A stretch of DNA of 64,000 nucleotides from a virus (IMGVR_UViG_3300028591_000074:96001-160000), one strand, 5' to 3'; numbered from the stretch's first letter, positions 50,165 to 58,944 are shown. Translations and numbers: made by a program. Notes: a model not told the origin generated them from the sequence alone.

Positions 50165-51653
50165 TCAATTATTAGATATAGATACTGATGTGTTGTGGAG
50201 TTCTGCTATATCTTCTGTGGTTAATACGGTTGCATACATTCGGAAGTCGGATAGTTGACCTGAGAAATATGCAGTAAATGCAGTTCCTGCGGAATTATTA
50301 CTTCTAGCCCCGACAACTAAGTTTGACCTTTGTTTTAAGGCAGCTGTGATAGTTGTAGTATCTACAAGTGCACCGTCTAAATAAGTTTTCATGGAAGAAC
50401 CATCATATGTACAGAAATAGTGATGCCAATTTGTATCATGCAGTAATGCAATTTGAGAATTGTAAGAACCATTAGCCGTGCTTTGTAATCTGTTTTGAGA
50501 ATGGTTTGTATAGAAACCTAATTGTGTATCTGCATCACCACCGGAAGTATTTAATAATAATACAGATTGCCAACCGGAACTAAGATCTGCACTTTTATAC
50601 CACATACCATAACTCCATTGATTTCCGATACTAAATTCTGATTTACTGATAGCAGAATTTGATCCATTAAATATTGTACTATGAGTATATCTTGGAGTAT
50701 CAGTACTTACAGTTAATGATGCACTATTTGTTCCATTGTATTTATATCCACTTACGTCATAACAAATGCTTGGAGTTCCAACTACTGATCCCGCAGTAAA
50801 AGCAGTATTAGCAGATACAGTAAATGTATTATTTACAACATCACACATGTCTACATTATAATATTTTACAGGCATGTTCAATTCCATACCATACAACTTA
50901 CTTAGATAATATTGTTGGTATGAGGTTGCAACTGCACCATTATGATATTTCGTATTAGATTGCTTTTCACGCAATTCTGGTGATTGCATTGTATACAAAA
51001 CACCATAATTCTTAAAAAGAGTTTCTTGCTTCTTTTTCTTAATGTTATCCAATTTGGATACATTATCTACACCATAACGTGCAAAAACGGTTTCAATGCA
51101 TTTTTGCTTTATTTCAGCATTTTGAAATGTGTATTCAACACCATATCGTTCCAAACAAGTATTTCTAGTTTTTTTCTTTAACTTGATCCGATTTTTGTGT
51201 GCTATCTACACCATATTTTGAAATCAAAATTTGTTTTATCTTTTCACGATGATTCGGATCTTGAAATACATAATCTACACCATAATGATTTTTAGTAGTT
51301 ATCCTTGATTTTTCTTGAATTGATTCCAAACACATTGGGGATGGTACACCGTAATTAGACATATTACATTCACGAAGTTTTACACCAGAACAATCCCTAC
51401 ATGCTAATTTCTTGATTACAGTATGATTCATCTCCAAAACATATGTTTTATATGACATTTCAAGTTATTTACCACAATAATCACACGCACAAATTATTAC
51501 AGCATGGCTACCTTTTGACAAATGTTCAATACTAACATCAATTATGTCACCAACTTTATAACCAATGTAACCCTTAGATTCCAAATATTTCCTATTCGAA
51601 TTTGCAATCCGAACTTTTGCAGTCTTTGATATCAACATATTCAATTTCTCCAT
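50165..51653 (-). pseudogene. Decayed YGV-repeat homing-endonuclease-like gene fused to a LamG/concanavalin-like fragment
   Basis: CDYCGK zinc motif and (K/R/N)YGV repeats; in-frame TAA at 51465-51467; A7 frameshift near 51169-51175; abrupt switch to WHHYFCTYDG...YLDGAL...FSGQLSDFRMY. Confidence 0.7.
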
Positions 51654-51828
51654 TCGATTTTTGTACTTTGTATAAATTTATAAGTTCTTCGATTTTTGTT
51701 GTATTATCAAATAAATAAACATTTCTCCAACGTCTACCTAAATTAGTTTCAATTCTACGAATAGGAATCCCATGCATCATTAAAAATCCTGCAAGGCGTA
51801 AATTATAAATACACTTATAGTTATTCAT
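51592..51828 (-). CDS. Small DUF5659-like protein
   Basis: IYNLRLAGFLMMHG...NVYLFDNT. Confidence 0.5.
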   Translation of the reverse strand: MNNYKCIYNLRLAGFLMMHGIPIRRIETNLGRRWRNVYLFDNTTKIEELINLYKVQKSNGEIEYVDIKDCKSSDCKFE

Positions 51829-51837
51829 ATGTGCACC

Positions 51838-52278
51838 TTAGTGTGTTGTAAACACAAGATTCCCAGGTTGTGATTCATCTACATAACAACGAACCTTATT
51901 GTTCCAATTATCTTTGTCTTGTTGTGTTACGTGAATTACATCATTGTCAACATGTGCTTGATAATAATCTTCAATGAAGGGCATATCAATTAGATAGCTT
52001 ATTCCATCCCCAATCTTAAGTCCAGGTATAAGTGTTCCATCTAAATCATGATGATCAGAATATACATAGACTGTACCTTTCATAGACTTTAATTTTGGAG
52101 TAGCATTCCAATTAGCGGTAGTGTCTATCAAAACCCTACCGCCGAATTGTTGTGTTCCTAAAAAGATTTGTCCGGTTTGTTCAATGAAGTATAAACCATT
52201 TTGATTTATATCTTTTGGAAGATGATCAGACTTGACGTAATAATGTTTGACAAGTTCTTGATCTTGTGGTTCTGGCAT
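51838..52278 (-). CDS. Tail/structural-type protein
   Basis: LKIGDG..YLIDMPF and HVDNDVIHVTQQDKDNWNNK, motifs common in tail-fibre proximal domains. Confidence 0.55.
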   Translation of the reverse strand: MPEPQDQELVKHYYVKSDHLPKDINQNGLYFIEQTGQIFLGTQQFGGRVLIDTTANWNATPKLKSMKGTVYVYSDHHDLDGTLIPGLKIGDGISYLIDMPFIEDYYQAHVDNDVIHVTQQDKDNWNNKVRCYVDESQPGNLVFTTH

Positions 52279-52291
52279 ACACTACCACCTC

Positions 52292-52756
52292 TTATAAGAA
52301 ATCGTTATCTTTCAATGCTTTCTGATATGCAGAATTGATATTTGCTATTGCATGAACAGCCTTGTTATTCTTGTATCCTGGGTGCTCATCACAATAGTGT
52401 TCATATTCTGTAATATCCTCATTCGTTTGATCAAACCATTCTTCAGAATGACGCACTTTTAATTTAATTTCATCCGAACCTCTGAGAATACGAACTCTAC
52501 GAGTATCAGCAACTGTTTTAAGATGTTCTTGACGAATCTTCTCATCATTTTCATTCATCTTTTCAGATAAATCTTTTATGCTTTGATGCATTTCATCTTT
52601 CATAGTATTCACATTCTCATTTACAGATTTAATCTCTTTTGTTAATTCTTCTAATTTGGAATTCTTAGTATCTTTTCTGGTTATAAGGAACTGAATGAAT
52701 GTGAATACTGCTGAACTACCTATAATGGATAGTACTATAGTTAATACAGGTCCCAT
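52292..52756 (-). CDS. Single-TM coiled-coil holin-like protein
   Basis: N-terminal TM, coiled coil, RVRILR...ITEYEHYCDEHPGYKNNKA. Confidence 0.55.
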   Translation of the reverse strand: MGPVLTIVLSIIGSSAVFTFIQFLITRKDTKNSKLEELTKEIKSVNENVNTMKDEMHQSIKDLSEKMNENDEKIRQEHLKTVADTRRVRILRGSDEIKLKVRHSEEWFDQTNEDITEYEHYCDEHPGYKNNKAVHAIANINSAYQKALKDNDFL

Positions 52757-52793
52757 TGCATCACCTCCTTACTAATATTGATAGTCATCAGGA

Positions 52794-53999
52794 TTATTCA
52801 CCTGCAACAGTCGATGCAAATACATAACCAACTGCCTTTCTACCATTTCCTGGAAGTGTATATTCGATTCTTCTAAATTCTACATTTGTATATGGATCTA
52901 TGTATCCACCATCAAATACTTTAACTGCGCCAATAATATCAGTAAGTGGGAACTTAATATTTGGTATGGAATAAACACGTGTAACTTTTGTAAGTGCAAT
53001 AGATGTAGAATCTTCTAAAGTTTCACTCGTTAATGCATCTTGTGCTGAGCTAAGGAAGATTGTAGGCGATGTCTGTTCAGGTTTTTCCGGTTTAGTTTCT
53101 ACTACAGGTTCTACTTCTTCAATCGATTCTTCTGTAGATTCTTCTACTGATTCATCAGTGGAATCTTCTACTGGTTCAGAAGCAAGTTCTTCCTCTGCAT
53201 CTTCAGTATCAGAAGTGATATCACTATCGGTATCAATAGGTTCAGGTACAACATCTGTATCGGAATCTACAATATCAACATCGGAATCATCATCAGATTT
53301 CGATTCAATTTCCGTAACAGTATAAACGCCATTTTCATCTTGTTCTGAAATTTCGTAAGTGTCGGTATCTACAGAATCATCTGGAATAGTACCCTTGAAT
53401 GATCCACCAGTTACTGTAACTATAGTTGCGGTATCATCTTCTTTCGAAATTGCTTTGGAGAATGAGTAGATTCCACCACCTTGAACTTCTACGATACCCT
53501 TCTTCGCTACATTTACACCGTGATAATCACCATAAGCTGAAATAGAACCGTCTATAAGAACTAACTTACTATTTGCTTTTGCATTTGTGTAACCTTCTAC
53601 AGATACAACTGCACCTTCACCGGAATCTGGATTCGTCCCAATTACTGCACCATCGATTGTAAGTGTAGATTTCTTTGTTACAGATGCAATTGTTCCAGAA
53701 CCACCTGCCTGTAAACCTTCACCAAATGTAACATGTGTATCTGCACCATCTAAAATGATAGATGGAGAAGCGTTGCAGATAATGTCACCACCGATAAATG
53801 TAATATTACCGGATGTAATGGTAAGTGGAGATTCAATTGTTAAGTTGTAGGAATCAAGATTGATTGTAAGATTATTATTTGTTGAAATATCAATAGATTC
53901 TGAGACTGTGATATTATCGGAAAATACAATACTATCACCATCATTAGAAGAAGCAATAGATTCAAGCAGTTCTTGAAGTGTGCTTACAGTAAGTATCAT
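52794..53999 (-). CDS. Beta-helix-like protein with acidic linker
   Basis: Repeating T/I/G-rich strands, D/E-rich linker, small C-terminal domain. Confidence 0.5.
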   Translation of the reverse strand: MILTVSTLQELLESIASSNDGDSIVFSDNITVSESIDISTNNNLTINLDSYNLTIESPLTITSGNITFIGGDIICNASPSIILDGADTHVTFGEGLQAGGSGTIASVTKKSTLTIDGAVIGTNPDSGEGAVVSVEGYTNAKANSKLVLIDGSISAYGDYHGVNVAKKGIVEVQGGGIYSFSKAISKEDDTATIVTVTGGSFKGTIPDDSVDTDTYEISEQDENGVYTVTEIESKSDDDSDVDIVDSDTDVVPEPIDTDSDITSDTEDAEEELASEPVEDSTDESVEESTEESIEEVEPVVETKPEKPEQTSPTIFLSSAQDALTSETLEDSTSIALTKVTRVYSIPNIKFPLTDIIGAVKVFDGGYIDPYTNVEFRRIEYTLPGNGRKAVGYVFASTVAGE

Positions 54000-54028
54000 T
54001 TTGAAATCCTCCTCGATTGATTATAAAT

Positions 54029-54460
54029 TCAAATCATGTTTTCCAAACGAATCTGTCTCATTTCATCCCAAATTAAGTTAGACAGTATTCTAACTCTTGC
54101 TTTACGAGATTCGTCTAAAACATCCTTGTACTTATATATAAGGTGTTTTTCCTTTTTTGACACTAAAATGGTTTCTCTTGTGGATTCACGTACATCTATA
54201 TCATCTATATATAACAATCTATCGTTTGCGTAAATGAGGTCAAGATTCTTTCTTGTTTCTGCATATTCCAATTTCTGCTGAAGATGTTTCGGTTCTACAC
54301 CAGTAATGACCCAAGATATGGCTTCGGATTCTGAAATACAATTATTGACACGTTTCATTCTTCTACGTGCCACACCGCATATATACAGAATGGCAGCATA
54401 ATTGCTGCCAAGTGCCTGTACATATATATTAAATTTTGAATCATATATCCAATGTTTCAT
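54029..54460 (-). CDS. Hypothetical protein; N-terminus weakly resembles RNA polymerase omega subunit
   Basis: LGSNYAAILYICGVARRR...EAISWVITG versus the omega pattern IGNRFDLVLVAARRARQ...IALREIEEG (by-eye alignment). Confidence 0.35.
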   Translation of the reverse strand: MKHWIYDSKFNIYVQALGSNYAAILYICGVARRRMKRVNNCISESEAISWVITGVEPKHLQQKLEYAETRKNLDLIYANDRLLYIDDIDVRESTRETILVSKKEKHLIYKYKDVLDESRKARVRILSNLIWDEMRQIRLENMI

Positions 54461-54530
54461 AAATGAACATTATTCAACTTTCTTGCGTATAAGATTATTT
54501 CATATTTGTGGTTATACTTCCCACGGCCTT

Positions 54531-54886
54531 GTTTGACACCTATGTAAGTTAGCATTTCATCAAAACTTCTACCATGTATCAAGCATTTTGACACCTATGT
54601 AAATTAACATGACACCAAAACGATATCGTGATTTCACCGCGTATCTGGCTTGTTTGATACCTATGTAATTTAACATGACATCAAAACAGTAGCAGTTACA
54701 TTCATGATACTTCCTCCAGTTTGATACCTATGTAATTTAACACTGTATCGAAACTAATAGCACGCTTTTGTTTCGATTCGCTTTGTTTGACACCTGTGTA
54801 ATTTAACATTGTATCGAAACTAATATCGGATTTGGAAGTCAGTTGGCAAGGTTTGATACCTATGTAATTTAACATGACATCAAACC
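54531..54886 (-). CRISPR. Array A: 6 degenerate 36-bp repeats, 5 spacers (19,30,31,30,30 nt)
   Basis: Repeats start at 54531, 54586, 54652, 54719, 54785, 54851; plus-strand consensus GTTTGAYACCTATGTAATTTAACATGACATCAAAAC. Confidence 0.92.
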
Positions 54887-55000
54887 CCAAATCACACACG
54901 TATTCAGTTTTGATAGCATATTTACAAAGGTTTAGTGAGTGCTTTGTGGAAATCATTATAGATTTCCTACCTCACTATAAGGTTGTCAAATCAACCCTTA
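54887..55000 (-). ncRNA. tracr/omegaRNA-like scaffold A
   Basis: Anti-repeat at 54907-54930; stems tagtgag/ctcacta, ggaaatc/gatttcc, ggttg/caacc. Confidence 0.75.
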
Positions 55001-55043
55001 TATATAAATATTTCAATTACATGTAACAACCGATCCTTCTGAT

Positions 55044-55585
55044 GTTTGACACCTATTGAATCCCATAGCTCAACAAAACTGTATTAACTGTCATGTTTTC
55101 TTCGCTTAGATTTGACACCTGTGTAATTCCGCAGTTCCTCAAAACTATAATGTATTACCCTTGAGTTTGACTATGTTTGATACCTATATAATTTTGCAGT
55201 CTGTCAAAACCGGTATCTCACCTAAGCCGTTTTCCACAGGTTTGATGCCTATGTAATCTCACAATCTAACAAAACCAAGATGTTCTTGTCGATGCCATCA
55301 AGGAAGTTTGACACCAATGTAATTTCGTAGTCCAACAAAACAGAAACTGATATATGAGAATCCCATGTATTAGTTTGACACCTGTGTAATTCCATAATCC
55401 ATCAAAACTTAGCGAATGTCTGTTCACTTTTGACACCTATGTAATCTCACAATCCAACAAAACAATGAATTGTGTTCTTTCATCTTGATTGTTGTTTGAC
55501 ACCAATGTAATTTCATAGTCTATCAAAATCTTCAGACAAATACCTAATAAGTTTGACACCTATACAATTTACAGTCCGACAAAAC
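55044..55585 (-). CRISPR. Array B: 9 degenerate 35-36-bp repeats, 8 spacers (30,29,29,30,31,19,30,21 nt)
   Basis: Repeats start at 55044, 55110, 55175, 55240, 55306, 55373, 55428, 55494, 55551; consensus GTTTGACACCTATGTAATTYCAYAGTCYAWCAAAAC. Confidence 0.92.
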
Positions 55586-55700
55586 ATCAAATCACACATA
55601 TTCAGTTTTGACAGATCATATTTTACAAAGGCTTAGTGAGTGTGTTACGTGAATCATTTCAGATCACTACCTCACCATAAGGTCGTCAAATCGACCCCGT
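55586..55700 (-). ncRNA. tracr/omegaRNA-like scaffold B
   Basis: Paralog of scaffold A; anti-repeat at 55605-55631; compensatory ggtcg/cgacc stem. Confidence 0.75.
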
Positions 55701-55736
55701 ATATTAAATTTTACGTTACGATTATATTTAGCATAA

Positions 55737-55869
55737 GTTTGATGTATTTGTAATTCCATACACCACCCGGGCCTGTAGTTTGATGTCCTTATAATTCCAT
55801 ACAGTTCAAATCAAAAGTATAATCATCCAACCTTTTATGTTTGACATCTATGCAATCACATATAGGATC
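55737..55869 (-). CRISPR. Array C: 3 strongly degenerate repeats
   Basis: GTTTGA-starting units at 55737, 55778 and 55839; the first two share taattccatac, the third is more diverged. Confidence 0.6.
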
Positions 55870-55961
55870 GTTGATCCGTATGAAATTACAAAGGCTTGGT
55901 GAGTGTGTTACGGATAATTCTGAGACTATCCTACCTCACTTTACGGCTGTCAAATCAACCC
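55870..55961 (-). ncRNA. Scaffold C overlapping the Cas12f-like stop codon and fused to its first repeat
   Basis: Third paralog of the scaffold; ggatc-gtt-gatcc hairpin joins anti-repeat to repeat. Confidence 0.7.
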
Positions 55962-57295
55962 ATTATTGTAATATTCTTTGCCTTGTTATAGGCATGACTG
56001 ATTGTTTTTCCACAATGAGGGCAAGTAAACGATACTTCCTGTGTCCATTCAAATACCTTCGGAATTACTTCTTCTGTACAGAATACTTCACCGCAAGAAC
56101 TGCATACATTCCGGACTGTCCGAAGAACATCTGTCTTTTTATCCTGCTTATCAGTCATCTTACTTGTTGTTACAACAATACCTTCACGTTCTGCCTTATA
56201 AGTAATGAACTGTACCAACTGGTAATAGGACCAATTCCGAAGAAGTACGGGGTAATCATCAAGATCTGACTTCGTTACATCTTCTACCACAATAGCGGAT
56301 ACCTTGTTATCTTTTGCAAACTCAACAACCATCTTACTAAGATTATGATTGTATGTCTGCACATAATTTTTCTCATAGGACTTATGTGTTTCAAGTTTTG
56401 CTAACTTCTTCCCACGACCATGCCCACCATTGGAATACTTCAAAGCTCTCTGAAGATTCTCAAAGTGGATCTGAATATCTTTTCGTTTTGCTACAAGATC
56501 ATTCTTTATTGATCCGCCAATCTCATGTTCATCATCATCTGTAGAAAGTGCGGCAACAAGACATTTATCATATCCAAGTGCAAGCCCCATAATCTTTCCA
56601 TGCTCTGGGATATATTCTTCTGCATCACGCTCAATCTTGACAGACAGATTAAATATAATCTTACCCTTGTTCGTAATCTGAATCGTGCTACCGCAGACTT
56701 TATAATGTTCCGGATCAGTTACAATAGATTCCAAAAGTGACGGAAGGAACTTGTCCGGACCCTTATTCTTACCTGCACCAAGATACAGTTTGAAATGGAT
56801 TCCGTTTACAAACTTAAAGAAGTAGGCATTTACGGTATTTTCCGTTCCATCATCCGTAGTGTAGGTATCATCCCCGGTATAAATAGTAATGAACCTGCTT
56901 GGAACCATAAGTGGGAAATCTCTTTTATAAAATGGTAGATTCCGTTCACCCTTTGCAAGACCATTCTTCAAAGCTGTGGAAAAGTCCTGTTTTACTTTCA
57001 TACCACAGTTCCCGGCCATACCCAAACCCTTCGCCTGTTTCATATCATGTATGGCAGTATTTGTATTACGGAATATCATCTTCATTTCTTCCTTGAAGTT
57101 AGGATCATTGAAGTTCTTATCATACTTATAGTATAAGCACCCAACCTGTGACATGTAAGTATTCAAGATACAATACTGATTATAAATCCCGTCACGAAGG
57201 TACTGATATACTCTATCTCGTTCTTCTTTATCACCTACCGGGAATAACTGAATCTTCTTTGTTGTGATTGTAGTTGTTTTCTTCTGCATACCCAC
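55955..57295 (-). CDS. cas12f: Cas12f-like (type V-F / TnpB-derived) protein, predicted nuclease-dead
   Basis: KNGLAKGERNLPFYKRDFPLM, GGHGRGKKL, TYNHNLSK, RNWSYYQL..FITYKAEREGI, CSSCG...CPHCG. RuvC-I is GLALG (normally GVDLG), RuvC-II VEDV is retained, RuvC-III is SHAYNKAKNI (normally NADxNAAxNI). Confidence 0.88.
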   Translation of the reverse strand: MGMQKKTTTITTKKIQLFPVGDKEERDRVYQYLRDGIYNQYCILNTYMSQVGCLYYKYDKNFNDPNFKEEMKMIFRNTNTAIHDMKQAKGLGMAGNCGMKVKQDFSTALKNGLAKGERNLPFYKRDFPLMVPSRFITIYTGDDTYTTDDGTENTVNAYFFKFVNGIHFKLYLGAGKNKGPDKFLPSLLESIVTDPEHYKVCGSTIQITNKGKIIFNLSVKIERDAEEYIPEHGKIMGLALGYDKCLVAALSTDDDEHEIGGSIKNDLVAKRKDIQIHFENLQRALKYSNGGHGRGKKLAKLETHKSYEKNYVQTYNHNLSKMVVEFAKDNKVSAIVVEDVTKSDLDDYPVLLRNWSYYQLVQFITYKAEREGIVVTTSKMTDKQDKKTDVLRTVRNVCSSCGEVFCTEEVIPKVFEWTQEVSFTCPHCGKTISHAYNKAKNITIMG

Positions 57296-57340
57296 ATACT
57301 CCTGTACTTTTGATTTTCGTATGTTTCACGTTCCATGTAT

Positions 57341-57350
57341 TATAACGATT
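57341..57350 (-). promoter_or_regulatory. AATCGTTATA phage promoter-like motif upstream of the Cas12f-like gene
   Basis: Same motif seen at ~11 intergenic sites in the window. Confidence 0.65.
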
Positions 57351-57381
57351 CTAAAATAAAAAATTCTAATCAAAATCACCA

Positions 57382-58233
57382 CTAAAAATTAGTTATCAAC
57401 ACTTCATCCAATCCAATATTTTCTGAACCCTCTGAACGATACCGCCAATGATTACTATAATTACCTAACTGAATCACATTGTACTTACTGCTCCAGTTAA
57501 TTAGCAAATCATTTGACTTTTCACCATGTTTTAATACATTAGACAATGCAAACTTGACATTTTTCTGATTTAAAGTATCAAGTATATTTAATAAATCAAT
57601 ATCATCCTGTTCCAACCAACCACCAAATCCACGTTTACCATCACTGTAAGATCCTAAAGTGATACTATATGGTGGGTCACAATATACAAGTGAATCAGAA
57701 GTTAAATCTGTAAAATCAAATTCCCTGAAATCTAAACTTGTTAATACATACTTCTTTTCCTTCAGAAGTTTTGAAAAGTCCATAAGATTTTTCGCAGCGG
57801 TTGACGTAAAACATTTTTTTCCAAAGGAGGTATTAAATTCCATAGAATTATTGAACCGGAGTACATTGTTAAATGCGTAGAATGATAAGACTAATAGTAG
57901 CATAGGTTCTTTTGTCTTATTATATTCATCGCGTAATTCCATATATCCATCAGCATTTGCTTTACTTAATTTGAATCGATCAATCGTAGAATTGATATCT
58001 TCAAATATTGTAGATGTTGGTGTAGTCATAATATAATTATAGACTTCAATGAGATATGTGATTCTATCATTTGCATAAATGATGTCAGCATCTACATTTA
58101 CTGCAACATTCATACCACCTGTAAATAAATCAACGAACTTATCAATATGTTTTGGAAAAACCGGAATAATCTTTCCAAGTATTTCAAACTTACTACCCAT
58201 ATAGTTTAATGGGGATTTTACAAAATCTAGCAT
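57382..58233 (-). CDS. dam: Dam-like (D12 class) DNA adenine methyltransferase
   Basis: SPLNYMGSK, FVDLFTGG, RFNNSMEFNTSFG, VYCDPPY, FALSN, EVLITNF. Confidence 0.9.
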   Translation of the reverse strand: MLDFVKSPLNYMGSKFEILGKIIPVFPKHIDKFVDLFTGGMNVAVNVDADIIYANDRITYLIEVYNYIMTTPTSTIFEDINSTIDRFKLSKANADGYMELRDEYNKTKEPMLLLVLSFYAFNNVLRFNNSMEFNTSFGKKCFTSTAAKNLMDFSKLLKEKKYVLTSLDFREFDFTDLTSDSLVYCDPPYSITLGSYSDGKRGFGGWLEQDDIDLLNILDTLNQKNVKFALSNVLKHGEKSNDLLINWSSKYNVIQLGNYSNHWRYRSEGSENIGLDEVLITNF

Positions 58234-58422
58234 TATGTCCCCTAAATTATCACTTCTGCATTGTCAACAGAATAGGCCGCCCGGTTATTGTAGAAAGTTC
58301 TTGCAATATAGAATAGTATCGCTCAACATCTGATACTTCTTTCAGATCAATATGGGACATATCTATGACATTATCAGATTCACCATAAGATGGTTTAACC
58401 TGTCCCCCAACTAATTCCACGG

Positions 58423-58944
58423 TCATGTTCTTACCTCCTTATGTGTATCTGCATAATTTTTCAACCGACTCTCAATTTTATCAAGAATATGTTTACGATT
58501 TTCAACAGAATCCTGACTCCAAACAATGTTTTCTTCTTCATACTTCCGGTTCTCTGCAAATGTATTGATTGCCCAATCAAGGAACTGCGGCATCGGATGC
58601 TTTGAAATGCTATCAAACAAATCACCATAGCCGTAAAGATACTTAGCCCCTCTACTGAATGTATCTGCACGATTTACAAGGATTTCAAAATCAACTCCAT
58701 TCAAAGACATATCAATTAGTTCTACGATCAAGAATACATCTGAATAAGAAGCATCTTTATCGCTCATATGTTCAATGTAATTATCAATGAACGGAACAAG
58801 TTCTGTTTCTACATTCAGTTCCTCAATATCGTACATACGATCAAGCGCATTATCATTACAAAGTATTCCGGTGTCCCATGTTCCCATAACCAACCCCCCT
58901 AAATATGATTTATGATAAAATCTACAAGTATTATAACGATTCAC
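58423..58944 (-). CDS. DUF4259-like protein (likely start MGTWD)
   Basis: MGTWDTGILCNDNALD N-terminal motif. Confidence 0.55.
   Translation of the reverse strand: MNRYNTCRFYHKSYLGGLVMGTWDTGILCNDNALDRMYDIEELNVETELVPFIDNYIEHMSDKDASYSDVFLIVELIDMSLNGVDFEILVNRADTFSRGAKYLYGYGDLFDSISKHPMPQFLDWAINTFAENRKYEEENIVWSQDSVENRKHILDKIESRLKNYADTHKEVRT

Noticed and set aside
54702-54956. 84-aa ORF with repeated FDxxLNYIGIK
   Set aside because: It is a translation of array A repeats and scaffold A; the 66-bp periodicity keeps the frame open.
54976-54985. AACCTTATA promoter motif inside scaffold A
   Set aside because: It lies in a covarying stem that changes in scaffolds B and C, so RNA structure explains it better.
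54531-55585. Type II CRISPR-Cas9 system
   Set aside because: Repeat geometry is type II-like, but there is no cas9/cas1/cas2 here and the scaffolds are tied to the Cas12f-like gene.
55955-57295. Ordinary IS200/605/607 TnpB
   Set aside because: No adjacent transposase or IS ends; Cas12f-type motifs, arrays and substituted catalytic residues distinguish it from the true TnpB at 32653.
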